From contig OX597814.1 in NCBI GenBank assembly GCA_951406725.2, positions 29,388,001 to 29,452,000 on the forward strand: a DNA stretch of 64,000 bases, in the 5' to 3' direction. Positions 12,277 to 26,686 of this stretch are shown here, piece by piece. This DNA comes from Octopus vulgaris. Lineage: Eukaryota. The notes under the pieces are model-generated. The model saw only the letters and a list, made by a program, of their open reading frames with translations. It made no database searches and had not been told where the DNA came from. Each line of letters begins with the position of its first letter. Position 1 is the stretch's first letter. The position numbers were made by a program, and so were the translations under genes.

Positions 12277-13517
12277 ATATATACAATCAAGAATATCTGA
12301 AATTATGGGGGGGGAAGGGATGGCTCGTTTTTTTTTTTGTTTTTCTTTTTGTATAACTGTATAATACAGGAAAATATTTTGTAGGCAAATCGGGGCACTT
12401 CGTCGGTTACGACGACGAAGGTTCCAGTTCATCCGATCAACAGAACAGCCTTCTCATGAAATTAACGCGCAAGTGGCTGAGTACTCCACAGGCATGTGTA
12501 CCCTTAATGTAGTTCTCAGGGAGATTCAGTGTGACACAGATTGTAACAAGGCTGGCCCTTTGAAATACAGGTACAAAAGAAACATGAAAAAGAAAGTTGT
12601 GGTGAAAGTGTACAGCAGGGTTCACACACACACCCCCGCCCCCTGTTGGAGCCTCGCGGAGCTTTAGGTGTTTTCGCTCAATAAACACTCACAACGCCCG
12701 GTCTGGGAACCAAAACCGCAATCCTACGACCGCGAGTCCTCTGCCCTAATCACTGGACCATTACGCCTCCACTGTAGGAAAATAGTATAAAATATGAAAG
12801 GAAGAATTAACACCGGCGACATTTTGCGTCCTGTCGATGGACAGAAGTGCTGCAGGGGACGTAACTCTTTGAATACATTTCAAAACAAATAATTTCAAGG
12901 GAAATAACTCTAAACAAAAAGTTCAACCATAGAAAGCCAACTTGACATTTGGACATTAGGGTACATAACTCTTTGTTGTATCACTTCAAATGGTGACTAT
13001 TAGTTCTTTTTTAGGAAAGGGAACATTTCAATACTTTGCCTATTGAAAGCATTTTCATATTTGTCCAAAACCTCTGTGCTTGTTTTCAGACTTCTATTTA
13101 AAGCTTTGTCAAGTGTTCTGAGTAATATAAAGTTCTCCTTTCATAAATCAACAGGGGGTGGGTGAGTGTGTGAACCCTGCTGTACACTTTCACCACAACT
13201 TTCTCTTTCATGTTTCTTTTGTACCTGTATTTCAAAGGGCCAGCCTTGTTACAATCTGTGTCACACTGAATCTCCCTGAGAACTACATTAAGGGTACACA
13301 TGTCTGTGGAGTACTCAGCCACTTGCGCGTTAATTTCATGAGAAGGCTGTTCTGTTGATCAGATGAACTGGAACCCTCGTCGTCGTAACCGACGGAGTGC
13401 CCCCGATTTGCCTACAAAATATTTTCCTGTATTCAGTTATACAAAAAGAAAAACAAAAAAAAAAAAACGAGCAATCCCCCCCCCCCCATAATTTCGGATA
13501 TTCTTGATTGTATATAT
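12277..13517. repeat. Long inverted duplication (arms ~12277-12637 and ~13155-13517) containing part of SINE family C plus unique flank
   Basis: The arms are near-exact reverse complements, including ~120 bp of non-SINE sequence. Confidence 0.9.
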
Positions 13518-13756
13518 ACAATCTGGTGACTGACAGAAACTGGAAATGTGTATCATATACAATGCACGGTTGCCAAGGAAACCATCATGTATCACATGAG
13601 ACACACACACAGGACAAGAAAAGAGTTAAATTTCAATTTATATAAAACAGGTAACGAAAAAAAAAAACATCTGAGTGCCACCATGTAACATTAACACAAA
13701 AAGATATAATTATAATCTTATATAAAATATTATTTTTTGTCATTCATCATTGGTTT

Positions 13757-14079
13757 TTATTTAGAAAGTAAATGCTTGTTTATATTATTTTTGATTGGTT
13801 TTTGTGCATTATTATTTTCCTTAAAATGTATTTTAAAATATGGATGTTTTAATGCATCTTCTGCTTTTATCCGAGTGACTGGGTTCAAGTCCAACATTTT
13901 GCTCAACAAATCGAATGCATCGTTGCCTACCAAATCAATGAAATTTTCTGAAGGTTTATCATGGCATAAGTTGGTGCTGTTGCTACTTTTCTTGTCTTTC
14001 AAGTCAGATGAACGTAATTTGGTGCAAAGGTCTTTGAAATTTATAGACGGTGTATATGGTAAACAGAGCAACTCTTTAC
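13757..14079 (-). CDS. CDC7: CDC7 kinase, last coding exon 10 (GKELLC..AFDLLSKMLDLNPVTRIKAEDALKHPYF..stop)
   Basis: Kinase subdomain XI with CDC7-type DLL.K.LDLNP..RI.AE.AL.HP.F. Acceptor cag at 14082-14080; TAA at 13759-13757. Confidence 0.93.
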
Positions 14080-16077
14080 CTGAATGACAAAAAAAAAAAA
14101 AAAAATTATTAGACATCTTCCATAGTTATTGCTAGTTGAACCATCATAGTTATTAGACATCTTTCATGGTTATTGCTAGTTGAACCATCATCATCATTTT
14201 ACGTCCGTTTTCCATGCTGGCATGGGTTGGACGGCTTGAGAGAAAACTGTTAAGCTGGGAACCTGCACCAGGTTTCAATCTGATTTGGCATGCTTTCTTC
14301 AGCTGGATGCCCTTCCTCATGCCAACCACTCGAAGAACATAGTGGGTGCTTTTTACATGCCACCAGCATGGCCAATTATGAAACACCAGTATCAGCCATG
14401 ACTGCAATCTCACTTGGCTTGACAAGTTTTCTGAAGCATGGTGTATTGCCAAAGGCCTTGGTCACTAGTCACTGCCTCCGTGATGCCCAAAGTTCAAATG
14501 GTGCTTTTTATGTGCTGCCAGCACAAGTGCCAGTTACACAACACGATGGTCACATTTTCTTCAATTGCTCTGAACCACTTTCCATTTTTTTTTTGTCTGA
14601 GCAGGCAAACACTGTTGTAATAATAATCACATTAAGAAATCTAAATAACTGATTTGAATGATTGAAGTCAGCATCGCTATAATTTCACTTGGATTGATGA
14701 TACATCTAAAGCACGACATATCGCCCAATGTTCAAAGGGTGCTTTTTATATGCCACCAGCACACATGCCAGTTACATAACACTGATATCAGCCATACGCA
14801 AGGTGGCAAGCTGGTAGAACCTTTAGTAAACTGGGCAAAGTGCTTAGTGACATTTCATCCATCTTAACGTTCTGAGTTCAACTTCCACAGAGGTTGACTT
14901 TGCCTTTCATCCTTTCAGGGTCAATAAAATAAGTACCAGTTAAGCACTGGGGTTAATGTAATCGACTTAACCCTACCCAGAAATTGCTGGCTTCGTTCCA
15001 AAATTTGAAACCAATATTATTGTTAACAAGGCAGAGTAAATTCGAAACCTTTATTAATAAGGTGGAAAGCTAGCAGAACCTATTAGCATGCTACTTTGTC
15101 TGTCTTTATGATCTGAGCTCAAATTCTGTCAAAATTGACTTTACAGTTCTATATTTAAGAAATGAGGAATTATGTACATTATTTACATTCAACAGATATT
15201 TGTCCTTAACAAACAACAAACAAGATGAGTACAAATATCCGTCAAATGTAAATAACGTAAATAAGATTGACCTTGCCTCCTTTTATCCTTTTGGGATCAA
15301 GTACTGGGATCATGGAAATTGACTTGCGCCTCCCCAGTATTAAAACTAGAAACCATTATTAATATTATTACTGTGCATTCCATATTTAATTAGAGACAAC
15401 CAAGAAAGTAAAATTTCTTGGTTGACTCCTCTACCCTTTCTGACAAAAATTAGTTATTTTGAAGAGGAGTGTTCTCCATCATTAAAATTATAGTTTTTAA
15501 TTACCTGGCATACTGCATCAAATATGTAAATACCCACTTTACTCTTAAGTTTATGCACGGCAGGTGTCTCGGGGTATTATTCTTTAGCCATAATAATAAT
15601 GCACCTTGCATACAGCCAATATAACAGCTGTACCAGTAAGGTTTGAACGTGTGCCTATTTGATTAGTAGCCCAGCTCCTTGTTCATAAAGGTATTGAATT
15701 TCTTGACATTAATTGATTATGTGTAATTAACTTGGTTCTTTATTATTTCTATTTTTTATATTTTTGGTAAAGCCCAAGGACTCATAAGGCCAGTTACTTG
15801 GTTTCCATTGTGTATGAGTGACCAAGATCACCAACAATCCCCTTGAACAGGGCACCAGGCTGCTGCATGGGTCAAGTTGATTACATCAACCCCAATACTT
15901 CGTTAGTACTTTATTTTATCAACTGATCTCAGTAGTTCCTGAACTCAGAGTCAGGAGAAATGCTGCTAAGCATTTTTCCCAACATGCTAACAATTCTGCC
16001 TGCTCACCATCTTAATTAATGTGATTCGTCATCATCATCATTTAACCACCTTAATTAACATGATTTGTCATCCTCAC

Positions 16078-17042
<965 letters not shown>

Positions 17043-17330
17043 TCACAAATCATAGTTATCATTGAAATAGTAATAATAATATTTAAATTATTAAGATTAG
17101 ATGGCTAAGTGTCATTTGAGGAGATTGGCCAACAACGCACTCTATCCACTGGGTCCTGCCAAAGATATTTAACTTTTACTACAGTGTGTCATGGAGAGAT
17201 AAAGTTCAAATCTTCAAACCAATGAAAGATATCAATAAATGTAACTAGGACTACTGTTGAAAGTCTAATATCATACTCAGGGTGTAGTTTTGGTGGGGTT
17301 TCTTTTATCTTTTGCGTTTTTTTTTTTAAC

Positions 17331-17529
17331 CCTTTATAGCATTGCTTATTTATTCACATTGTTTTGAATTGATCCTGCATAATCTTGTAGCTTTGAGATT
17401 TCAATTATGGGACTGTTTACTTCTATTATGACATTATAGGGTAGATGTAAGAGACCGGATTTAGGCCAGTTTGAACATAAAACAAATAGAACATTTTGGC
17501 CAGATGTGGCAGGTTTAAATGCTAATGGG
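17331..17529. mobile_element. TTAA-type (piggyBac-like) MITE, diverged copy
   Basis: ttaa|cccttt... and similarity to the copies at 34656, 57967 and 61234. Confidence 0.65.
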
Positions 17530-18025
17530 TCAATGGCAGCAAGCTGGCAGGATCATTAGCACTTCGGGCAAAATTGCTTAGCAGCATTCTTTCTGGCTTT
17601 TCATGTTCTGAGCTCAAATCCCACGAAGGGCAACTCTGCCTTTCATCCTTTCAGGGTTGATAAAAGAAAGAACCAGTTGAGCACTGGGGTACAAGTAAAT
17701 GACTACCCACTCCCCCAAAATTGCTGGTTTTATACCAAAATTGTTGTTGATGATGATGATCAGGAGGAAGGAACTGTATCTATGACTTTCACAAGTGCTT
17801 TAAAACTAGTGAGATTGATACTGTTAATGTCTCTATAACATCTTGGACAGTTTTTTTTCCAATCAAAAATCTGGAAATGTTCAAACGTAAACAATAACAA
17901 CATTAAACACGTCATTAAACTTATCTTAGTCTAGACGGGCCTAACAAAACTACAGGTTTTACTTCTCATACCAATTAATAAGTGACAGTAACAACTCCAC
18001 TCCCATCAAAAGACCCAATAAATTA

Positions 18026-18184
<159 letters not shown>

Positions 18185-18224
18185 TCAAATAAGAATTTAT
18201 ATTACAAAGGTATATGCATGTATA

Positions 18225-18455
18225 AGGCGGCGAGCTGGCAGAAACGTTAGCACGCCAGGCGAAATGCTTAACGGTATTTCGTCTGCGTTACGTTGTGAGT
18301 TCAAATTCCGCCGAGGTCGACTTTGCCTTTCATCCTTTCGGGGTCGATAAATTAAGTACCAGTTACGCACTGGGGTCGATGTAATCGACTTAATACCTAT
18401 GTCTGTCCTTGTTTGTCCCCTCTGTGTTTAGCCCCTTGTGGGTAATAAAGAAATA
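18225..18455 (+). mobile_element. tRNA-derived SINE family B (central gcctttcatcctttcggggtcgataaattaagtaccag, Meta-SINE-like domain)
   Basis: Multiple copies (19716, 20717 minus, 41092, 42847 and others). A/B boxes present. Confidence 0.85.
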
Positions 18456-18771
18456 GGTATATGCATGTATGTATGCTTTCTTTTGTGTGTGTGATGTTGA
18501 CAATCTATGTCTGCACTTATCACAACATAAGCACAAAGGTGATGTGATGTTTACATTCTCTGTTGATACTACATCCAATCACTCAGCACTTTCAAACCCA
18601 TAAGAGAAATAAAAGAACTCCTTACTCAAGAAACAAGAGTTGATAGCAGGAAGAGTACTGAAGTTGTAAAATGCCGTCTTGAAATAAGGTTCTGTCCATC
18701 CCATGCAAACATGGAAAAATGTAAGTAAAATGACCAAACAAAAGAAGGCTTTTTTTCCCTTTTCTATTTAC

Positions 18772-18995
18772 CTCTCTGAACAAATATGACAGATCGTGGG
18801 TTTTCCAAAACATCGACAAGTATGAGCAGCTGAGATGCCACTGCGTTGATTTGATGGTGCGACATTGTGATTGACTTTAACTGCAGCCTGTTTTATAAGC
18901 AATCGCTGTCGAGGAGACTGAGTAGAAAATACACTGGAATTCTTGGCAGTCCTTTGACCACATTTATCACTTGTTGGAATACTTTTCAAATCAGG
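18772..18995 (-). CDS. CDC7: CDC7 exon 7 (kinase insert 2, ending in Zn-binding CRC...ICHIC)
   Basis: C-x-C...C-x-x-C motif precedes the activation segment, as in CDC7 KI-2. GT-AG in phase. Confidence 0.92.
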
Positions 18996-19067
18996 CTGTA
19001 AAATAAGGTAAAAAAAAAGTTGCACATAAAATGATTTTACATATTGTCACAAAGCCACAAATTTATG

Positions 19068-19565
19068 CCGGTGGCATGTAAAAAACACCATCCGAGCGTG
19101 GCCGTTCGCCAGCCTCGTCTGGCACCTGTGTCGGTGGCACAAAAAAACACCATCCGAGCGTGGCCGTTCGAGAGCCTCGTCTGGCACCTGTGTCGGTGGC
19201 ACAAAAAAACACCATCCGAGTGTGGCCGTTCGCCAGCCTCGTCTGGCACCTGTGTCGGTGGCACAAAAAAACACCATCCGAGCGTGGCCGTTCGCCAGCC
19301 TCGTCTGGCACCTGTGTCGGTGGCACAAAAAAACACCATCCTAGCGTGGCCGTTCGCCAGCCTCGTCCGGCATCTGTGTCGGTGGCACATAAAAAGCACC
19401 CACTACACTCACGGAGTGGTTGGCGTCAGGAAGGGCATCCAGCTGTAGAAACTCTGCCAGATCTGACTGGCCTGGTGCAGCCTTCAGGCTTCCCAGACCC
19501 CAGTTGAACCGTCCAACACATGCTAGCATGGAAAGCGGATGTTAAACGATGATGATGATGATGAC
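19068..19565 (+). mobile_element. RTE-type LINE 3' UTR fragment with an expanded internal 62-bp minisatellite (~5 copies)
   Basis: The ggtggca unit starts at 19070, 19133, 19195, 19257, 19319 and 19381. Ends in (GAT)n. Confidence 0.85.
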
Positions 19566-21257
19566 TGAATCTATCATAATACTGAAACATTCACAATCCG
19601 AACTCGAATCATGAATGGAGTTAAGTATTTACTTTGATACTCTACTGTTTCTGCCGATCCTATTATGAATAAGGTAAAAAGTTTCATAGCAGAAATGACA
19701 GAAAGTCAGTCTTTAAGGCGGCAAGCTGGCAGAAACATTAGCACACCGGGCGAAATGCTTAGCAGTATTTCGTCTGTCATTATGTTCTGAGTTCAAATTC
19801 CGCCGAGGCCGACTTTGCCTTTCATCCTTTCAGGGTCGATAAATTAAGTAGCAGTTACGCACTAGGGTCGATGCAATCGACTTAATCCCTTTGTCTCTCC
19901 TTGTTTGTACCCTCTATGTTTAGTCCCTTGTGGGCAATAAAGAAATATCCTGCAGTATTTAGTTTTGTCTCAAAGTTTTCAGCTTAAATTTTTCTGGGGT
20001 CAGTAAAATAAAGTCAAATCTGAAGCTTTATGTGGCTGTTAAAAATCATTAGTTAAAAGCCTCATGCTAGACAAAATGCATCACATGAAATCGTTTCCTC
20101 TTTTTTAAAACATACCACTGAGATATATTGTTGTTTGAAGACATACAAACTTCATTTAATTAGAGATCTCTGAACATAAAATTAAGAAGTTAACACAGGA
20201 TTTAGCAGGTATTCTACAAACAAATTATTTCCCACAACATAAAATAATTTTTAGAGCTGCAGAAAATAAAAATAACAGAGTGTTTGGAGTATCAGATAGA
20301 ATGCCTTGTAGTATTTGTTCTAAATTTCTATGTTCTGAGGTCAAATCCTCCAAGATCAATTTTTACCATTCCTCTTTATTGAGGTGGAGGATTCGATCAG
20401 AAAAAGTACCAATCTAGGGTAACAGATTGGAACTTTATAAGTTCAATTCTCATCATGACTTACATGAGCAACTGACATAAACTGTCGCCTGATTTAACAT
20501 GACCACCTGACACCTTCAATGTTACTAATGGAGTCCAGTGAAGACATATGGCTTCATGGTTAGGGTATTCAGCTTACAATTATAAGGTCATGAGTTTGAT
20601 ATTTGGCAGCATGTTGTGTCCTTGAGCAAGACACTTTATTTCGCATTGCTCCAGGTCACTCAGCTGGGTCGGCCTTGTCATGCTCTGCCTCACACTGAAT
20701 CTCCCTGAGAACTATATATTTCTTTATTGCCCATAAGGGGCTAAACATAGAGGGGACAAACAAGGACAGACAAAGGGATTAAGTTGATTACATCGACACC
20801 AGTGCGTAACTGGTACTTTATTTATTGACCTCAAAAAGATGAAAGGCAAAGTCGACCTCGGCAGAATTTGAACTCAGAACGTAGCGGCAGACGAAATACC
20901 GCTAAGCATTTCGCCTGGCATGCAAACAGTTTTGCCAACTCGCCCTGAGAACTATATTAAGGGTACATGTGTCTGTGGAGTGCATTAATTTCATGAACAG
21001 GCTGTTCCGTTGATTGGATCAGCTAGAACCCTCATTGTCATAACCAACAGAGTGCCAGTGAGAATGGAGTGCACGTAATTGCAAGCATTTTGGCCAATCT
21101 CCAGTCTGATGATACCTTCTTCTCTCTCTCTCTCTGACCAATCCTGGAGGCCCTGTAAAGTGTCATAGACACTGCCTTCCCACCTAACTGTAAGATTAAA
21201 AGAAATTATCTCTACCAAAACAATAAATGGAAAATAGAAAATAAAAAGGAAATTTAC

Positions 21258-21384
21258 CTTTGATGTACTTTTCAAATTTCGTCTGACTGGAAAGTAGTGA
21301 TGGGAAGGTATATCAGATTTAAGTTTATTTTCCTTCAAAGGTGAAGGTGCTTTGTGAGCAAGACCAAAATCCACTAATGAGAAC
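21258..21384 (-). CDS. CDC7: CDC7 exon 6 (FSLVDFGLAHK..)
   Basis: DFG motif LVDFGLA. GT-AG in phase. Confidence 0.95.
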
Positions 21385-22147
21385 CTAAAACATAAGAGAT
21401 AACATCTTCAACAACAGAAGTACAGGCAAAGTATGAAATACAGTCAACATCATAGTTATCATCCTAATTTTATGCTCATTTTTCAATGCTTGTTACCACC
21501 AACAGAAGTAATAAACTCCTTAAATTTTTCCCATTATGTTCTTGTTCAGACTATGCTTTCAGACCATTTTCTGCTACTGTTAATCAGGTCACCCAGGTAA
21601 CAGAAACTATTGACTACTTCAAGGGGATCCCCTGAGTATTTGTAAGAGCCTGGGCTGATGCCAGCACCACCCCGACTGGCTTCTGTGCCGGTGGCACATA
21701 AAAAGCACCATCCGAACGTGGCCGTTGCCAGCGCCGCCTTGGCTGGCTTCCGTGCCGGTGGCACGTTAAAAGCTCCGACCGATCGTGGCTGATGCCGGAC
21801 CCCCCTGGCACCTGTGCAGGTGACACGTAAAAAGCACCCACTACACTCGCGGAGTGGTTGGCGTTAGGAAGGCCATCCAGCTGTAGAAACTCTGCCAGAT
21901 CAGACTGGAGCCTGGTGCATCCCTGGCTTCCCAGACCCCGGTCGAACCGCCCAAAACGATGATGATGATGATGAGTACTTGCCACAAAAGAACAACCAAT
22001 ACACTCATATAAAACGGTTCATATTAATAACATCCAGCTATAGAAAAGATGCTTAAGCAGACAATGGAACTTGGTACAGCTCCTGTTGAACTATCCAACT
22101 TGTGCCAGTTTGATCAATTTGTTCATCTGTTAGTTATAATTGTAGTG

Positions 22148-22538
22148 AGTGGAGGCGCAATGGCCCAGTGGTTAGGGCAGCGGACTCGCGGTCATAGGAT
22201 CGCGGTTTCGATTCCCAGACCGGGCGTTGTGAGTGTTTATTGAGCGAAAACACCTAAAAGCTCCACGAGGCTCCGGCAGAGGATGGTGGTGATCCCTGCT
22301 GTACTCTTTCACCACAACTTTCTCTTCTCACTCTTACTTCCTGTTTCTGGTTGTACCTGTAATTTCAAGGGGCCGGCCTTGTCACTCTCTGTGTCACGCT
22401 GAATATCCCCGAGAACTACGTTAAGGGTACACGTGTCTGTGGAGTGCTCAGCCACTTACACGTTAATTTCACGAGCAGGCTGTTGCGTTGATTCGGATCA
22501 ACCGGAACCCTCATCGTCGTAACCGACGGAGTGCTTCC
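22148..22538 (+). mobile_element. tRNA(Arg-like)-derived SINE family C (head ggaggcgcaatggcccagtggttagggcagcggactcgcg)
   Basis: A/B boxes. Further copies at 12393-12772 (-), 37625-38012 (-) and 40498-40867 (+). Confidence 0.88.
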
Positions 22539-23759
22539 TCCCTGTCATGTTTACAACAACCTATCTCAATTTCATTATTCTGTCACGTATTCTTATTTGC
22601 TTCAGTTTTAATTTATCTATTTCTCAGCTAATAATTGTCCTTGTGAGGATGTAGAATTATATTTGAATACAACATCAGCTTTGCATTGTAGGGGAATTGT
22701 TCTGTTGTTTCTCACTTTAAGCATATTGTTTTGGGCTCAGTTCCACTGCATGGTACACTGGGAAGGTGACTTCTACTATAGCCACAAGCTAACCAAATCC
22801 TTTAGGACAGGATTTGATAGATGGAAACTGAAAGAAGCCTGTCGTGTTTTGGAAAACGGACGCTAAACGATGATGATGATGATAAATATATATATATAAA
22901 TAGTTGTACAAGACACCAATGTTTGCTGGAAATAGCAGTCGATAATGATATGTTATGTAGAGCTTCACTGAAATATATTTCAGTGAAACTTTACATAGTA
23001 TTGTATTGTTATTGGCTGCTATTTCCAGCAAACATTAGTGCCTTGTTGTACCACTATTTCTTATTTATAATTCTACCTTTACAGTGCTTTATTTGGCTGG
23101 CAAGTGATACTATTGTATTGCAATGATTTTTCAAATTTGAGTGTGTGTGTGTGTAGTATGTAAAAAAAGCACCTTTCAAGCATTGGGTTTCACAGAGGCA
23201 ATGACAAATGACTGAGGCCTTTGGCAATATACCGTGCTTAAGAAGACCCATGAAGCCAAGTGAAATCGTAGTTGTGGCAGATACTGATGTCACACAACTG
23301 GCACCCGTGCCAGTAGCATGTAATAGCACCCATCACACTCTCAGAGTGGTTGGTGTTAGCAAAGGCATCAAGCTGTAGAAATCATGCCAAATCAGAATGG
23401 AGTCTGGTGCAATCCCTCAGCAAACCATCTAACCCATGCCAGCATATACAACAGATGTTAAAGGATGATGATGACGATGTATGTGTACCCTGGGTATGAT
23501 ATTAAACTGCATCTGGTGATGAGGCTCCAGTTTGGGAGTTCTTGAGTTGTCGGGGGCATGGAATCACCCCTTAATTATCATTACTCCCAGGTTTGTTCTG
23601 GCCTGGAATGGTAGTACCTGTCAGGGTCCCACCTGCAAGTTAAATAGATTTCCCAGGGGTAGAGCAAGCTCCCATTATTTTAGACCAAAGGCGTAGGAAA
23701 GGCAGTTCTTCTGTAGAGTACAAATCAAGACATGACAGAGATGGCCAATATCTACATTG

Positions 23760-24420
23760 GATAATGTGTCAGCATTATAAAATTAAAACTGCTGACAAAT
23801 GGTACAAGCACCATCTTGAGGCTGTAATTGAGGGAGAAAACAACGATTCTTTGGGACTTTCCAGTATGTACAGACCGGACCATCAAAGCAAATAAACCAG
23901 AAAGACCAAAACAATAAAATCTGTTTATTGATTGACATGAACATACCCTGTGACCATAATAGCTTGTCAAAAGAATTTGATAAGCATAGAAAATATAAAG
24001 ATTTGGTAATCGAAATCAAAAAGATGTGGTATCTCAAGATAGTTACGGAACTGGTGATTGTAGGAGCACTTAGAATGATCCAAAAAAGAACTGAAAATTA
24101 TTTAACCCTTTCGTTACCGTATTTATTTTCAGACGTTCTGTGTTTCTCTCAATTATTTTAAATATAACAAAGAATTTAGTAAAATAACCAAGTTATCATT
24201 AAGCTGGTGTTAGGAACGTTAATTGTGACTAAGGCTTGGTGGAAGATTTTAATTAAAAAATTATGAAAACAAGACATTTTACCACAGAGCCAGAGCCGTT
24301 TTTGGCCGGGTTAGTAACAAAAGGGTTAAGAATGATCCTTAGTTTACTATCCATGCAAGAAGTGCAAAAGATTGTTTTAACTGGTGCGTCACACATACTG
24401 AGAAGAGCAATGTCGCTGTG
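23760..24420 (+). mobile_element. RLE-domain (R4/Dong-like) non-LTR retrotransposon 3' remnant
   Basis: Translates to ILWDFPVCTDRTIKANKP..LLIDMNIPCD..KYKDLVIEIKKMW..VIVGAL..QKIVLTGASHILRR, a restriction-like endonuclease domain. Confidence 0.85.
24106..24325. mobile_element. piggyBac-type MITE (220 bp) nested in the RLE LINE
   Basis: TTAA TSD at 24102 and 24326; TIR ccctttcgttac / gtaacaaaaggg. Confidence 0.88.
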
Positions 24421-25106
24421 AATTTTCTTTCCCTTTTCCCCCTTTATTTTCTTCTTTTAATTTTTTTTATTTTTCTGTCTTTCTTCCCCTTTTTCTCTGT
24501 CACATGACTTTGCAAATGGTGTGTTTATTTTAATGGCCTATCACTGTATACAGTGCGTTTTTCTGTCCTAGGTGTCAGGAAGACACTCGACAAGAAATGG
24601 AAACAATTGAAAAAAGATGATAATGATTTCTAATTTTGGCACAAGGCCAGCAAGTTCAGATGAGTGGGAAAATCGATTACAAAAGGATGAAAAGCAAAGT
24701 CGACCCAAAAGGATGAAAAGCAAGGTTGACCTCAACGGAATTTGAACACACAATGTAAAAGACAGACGAAATTCTGCAAAGCATTTTGCTTGGCATGCTA
24801 ACAATTCTGCCAACTCGCCATCCTAATGATGAAGATAATAATAATAATAATAATAATAATAATGGTTTCAGATTTTGGCACAAGGCCAACAGTTTCGGGA
24901 AAGGGTCCAAGATGATTACATCGACCCCAGTGTTCACTGGTACTTTTTACACTGACCCTGAAAGGATGAAAGGCAAAGTCGACCTCAGTTGAGTTTGAAC
25001 TCAGAACGTAGAGACAAATGCTGCTAAGCATTTTACCTGGCATGCTAACAATTCCACCAGCTCACCACCTTAAGGAGTCTTGTAGGAAAGGGAAACATTT
25101 ACTCAC

Positions 25107-25249
25107 TGTTGTGTTTTACGGTTAAACAAGAAATTGCTGGGCTTCACATCACGGTGGATAATATCATATTCGTGAACATGACTTAAAGCAATTAATAAAT
25201 TTTTCATATAGCATTTGATTTCTTCAGGAGTTAAAGATGACAAACAATC
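25107..25249 (-). CDS. CDC7: CDC7 exon 5 (..YMKNLLIALSHVHEYDIIHRDVKPSNFLFNRK)
   Basis: Catalytic loop HRDVKPSNFL. GT-AG in phase. Confidence 0.97.
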
Positions 25250-25326
25250 CTGGAAATAAAATGGAAAACCATTAAAGATTAGTATTACATTAACATTGAA
25301 TTAGGGAATCCTTTAAATGGTTAAAT

Positions 25327-25731
25327 AGACGCAGGAGTGGCTGTGTGGTAAGTAGCTTGTTTACCAACCACATGGTTCGGGATTCAGTCCCACTGCGTGG
25401 CACTTTGGGCAAGTGTCTTCTACTATAGCCTCAGGCCGACCAAACCCTTGTGAGTGGATTTGGTAGACAGAAACTGAAAGAAGCCCGTCGTATATATGTA
25501 TATATATATATACGTGTGTGTGTGTGTTTGTGTGTCTGTATTTGTCCCTCTAGCATTGCTTGACAACCGATGCTGGTGTGTTTATGTCCCCGTTACTTAG
25601 CGGTTCGGCAAAAGAGACCGATAAAACAAGTACTAGGCTTACAAAAGAATAAGTCCCGGGGTCGAGTTGCTCAATTAAAGGCAGTGCTCCAGCATGGTCG
25701 CAGTCAAATGACTGAAACAAGTAAAAGAGTA
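25327..25731 (+). mobile_element. SINE family A copy
   Basis: Matches the other copies. Confidence 0.9.
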
Positions 25732-25863
25732 AATAAATAAATAAAACAAATGAGGAATGGAAAATTAACAAGTTCCAACCTAATACAACCCAGTACATAA
25801 CTGGTACTTATTTTACTGATACCTGAATGTTAAAAGCAAAGTAAACACCAATAGAATTTTAAT

Positions 25864-26686
25864 TCATCATCATCATCATCGTTTAACGTCCACTTTCCAT
25901 GCTGGCATGGGTTGGATGGTTTGCTGAGGACTGGTGAGCCAGAAGGCTGCATCAGGCTCCAATCTGATCTGACAAAGTCTCTATAGGTTGATGCCCTTCC
26001 TAATGCCATACACTCCGATAGTGTAGTGGGTGCTTTTACGTGCCACCAGGACAAGGGCCAGTCAGGTGGTTCTGGCAACGACCATGCTCTAAAGATATTT
26101 TTTACGTGCTACCTGCATGGGAGCCAGTCCAGCGGTACTGGCAATGACCACGCTCGAATGTTGTTTTTTCACGTGCCAGTTAGGCGACGTTGGCAATGAT
26201 CACACTCAAGTGGTGCTTTTTACGTACCACCGGCATGGGAGCCAATCAGCGACCCAGGCAGCAATCACACTCGGATGGTGCTTTTAACATTCCACTGGCA
26301 TGAGTGCCAATCAGGCAATACTGTCATTGGCCATATCAGCAATTTTGATTTCACTTGCCTCAACAGCTCTTTACAAGCAAAGTTTATTGTCCAATGAATG
26401 AGGGGTACTCATAAGTGGGCTGGTTACACCCACTGGCATAGGCCACAGGTTATGGTCTCACTTGACTTGCCGGGTCTTCTCAAGCACATCATATCTCCAA
26501 AGGTCTCGATCACTAGTCATTGACTAGGTAAAGCCCAATGTTCAAAGGTCGTGCTTCACCACCTCATCCCAGGTCTTCCTGGGTCTATCTCTTCTGCAGG
26601 TTCCCTCAACTGCTAGGGTGTGACACTTTTTCACACAGCTGTCCTCATTCATTCACAACACATGACCATACTAGCGCAGTCATCTC
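25864..26686 (-). mobile_element. RTE-type LINE 3' fragment (ORF2 C-terminus and 3' UTR)
   Basis: The minus strand encodes ..RPRKTWDEVVKHDL.. and ends in (GAT)n. Confidence 0.8.

Noticed and set aside
19037-19529. Several overlapping repetitive ORFs (CHRHRCQTRLANGH..)
   Set aside because: Translations of the 62-bp minisatellite in an RTE 3' UTR.
22148-22225. tRNA gene
   Set aside because: A/B boxes are present, but there is no proper acceptor stem and the sequence continues into a multi-copy SINE body. The same applies to the heads of SINE families A and B.
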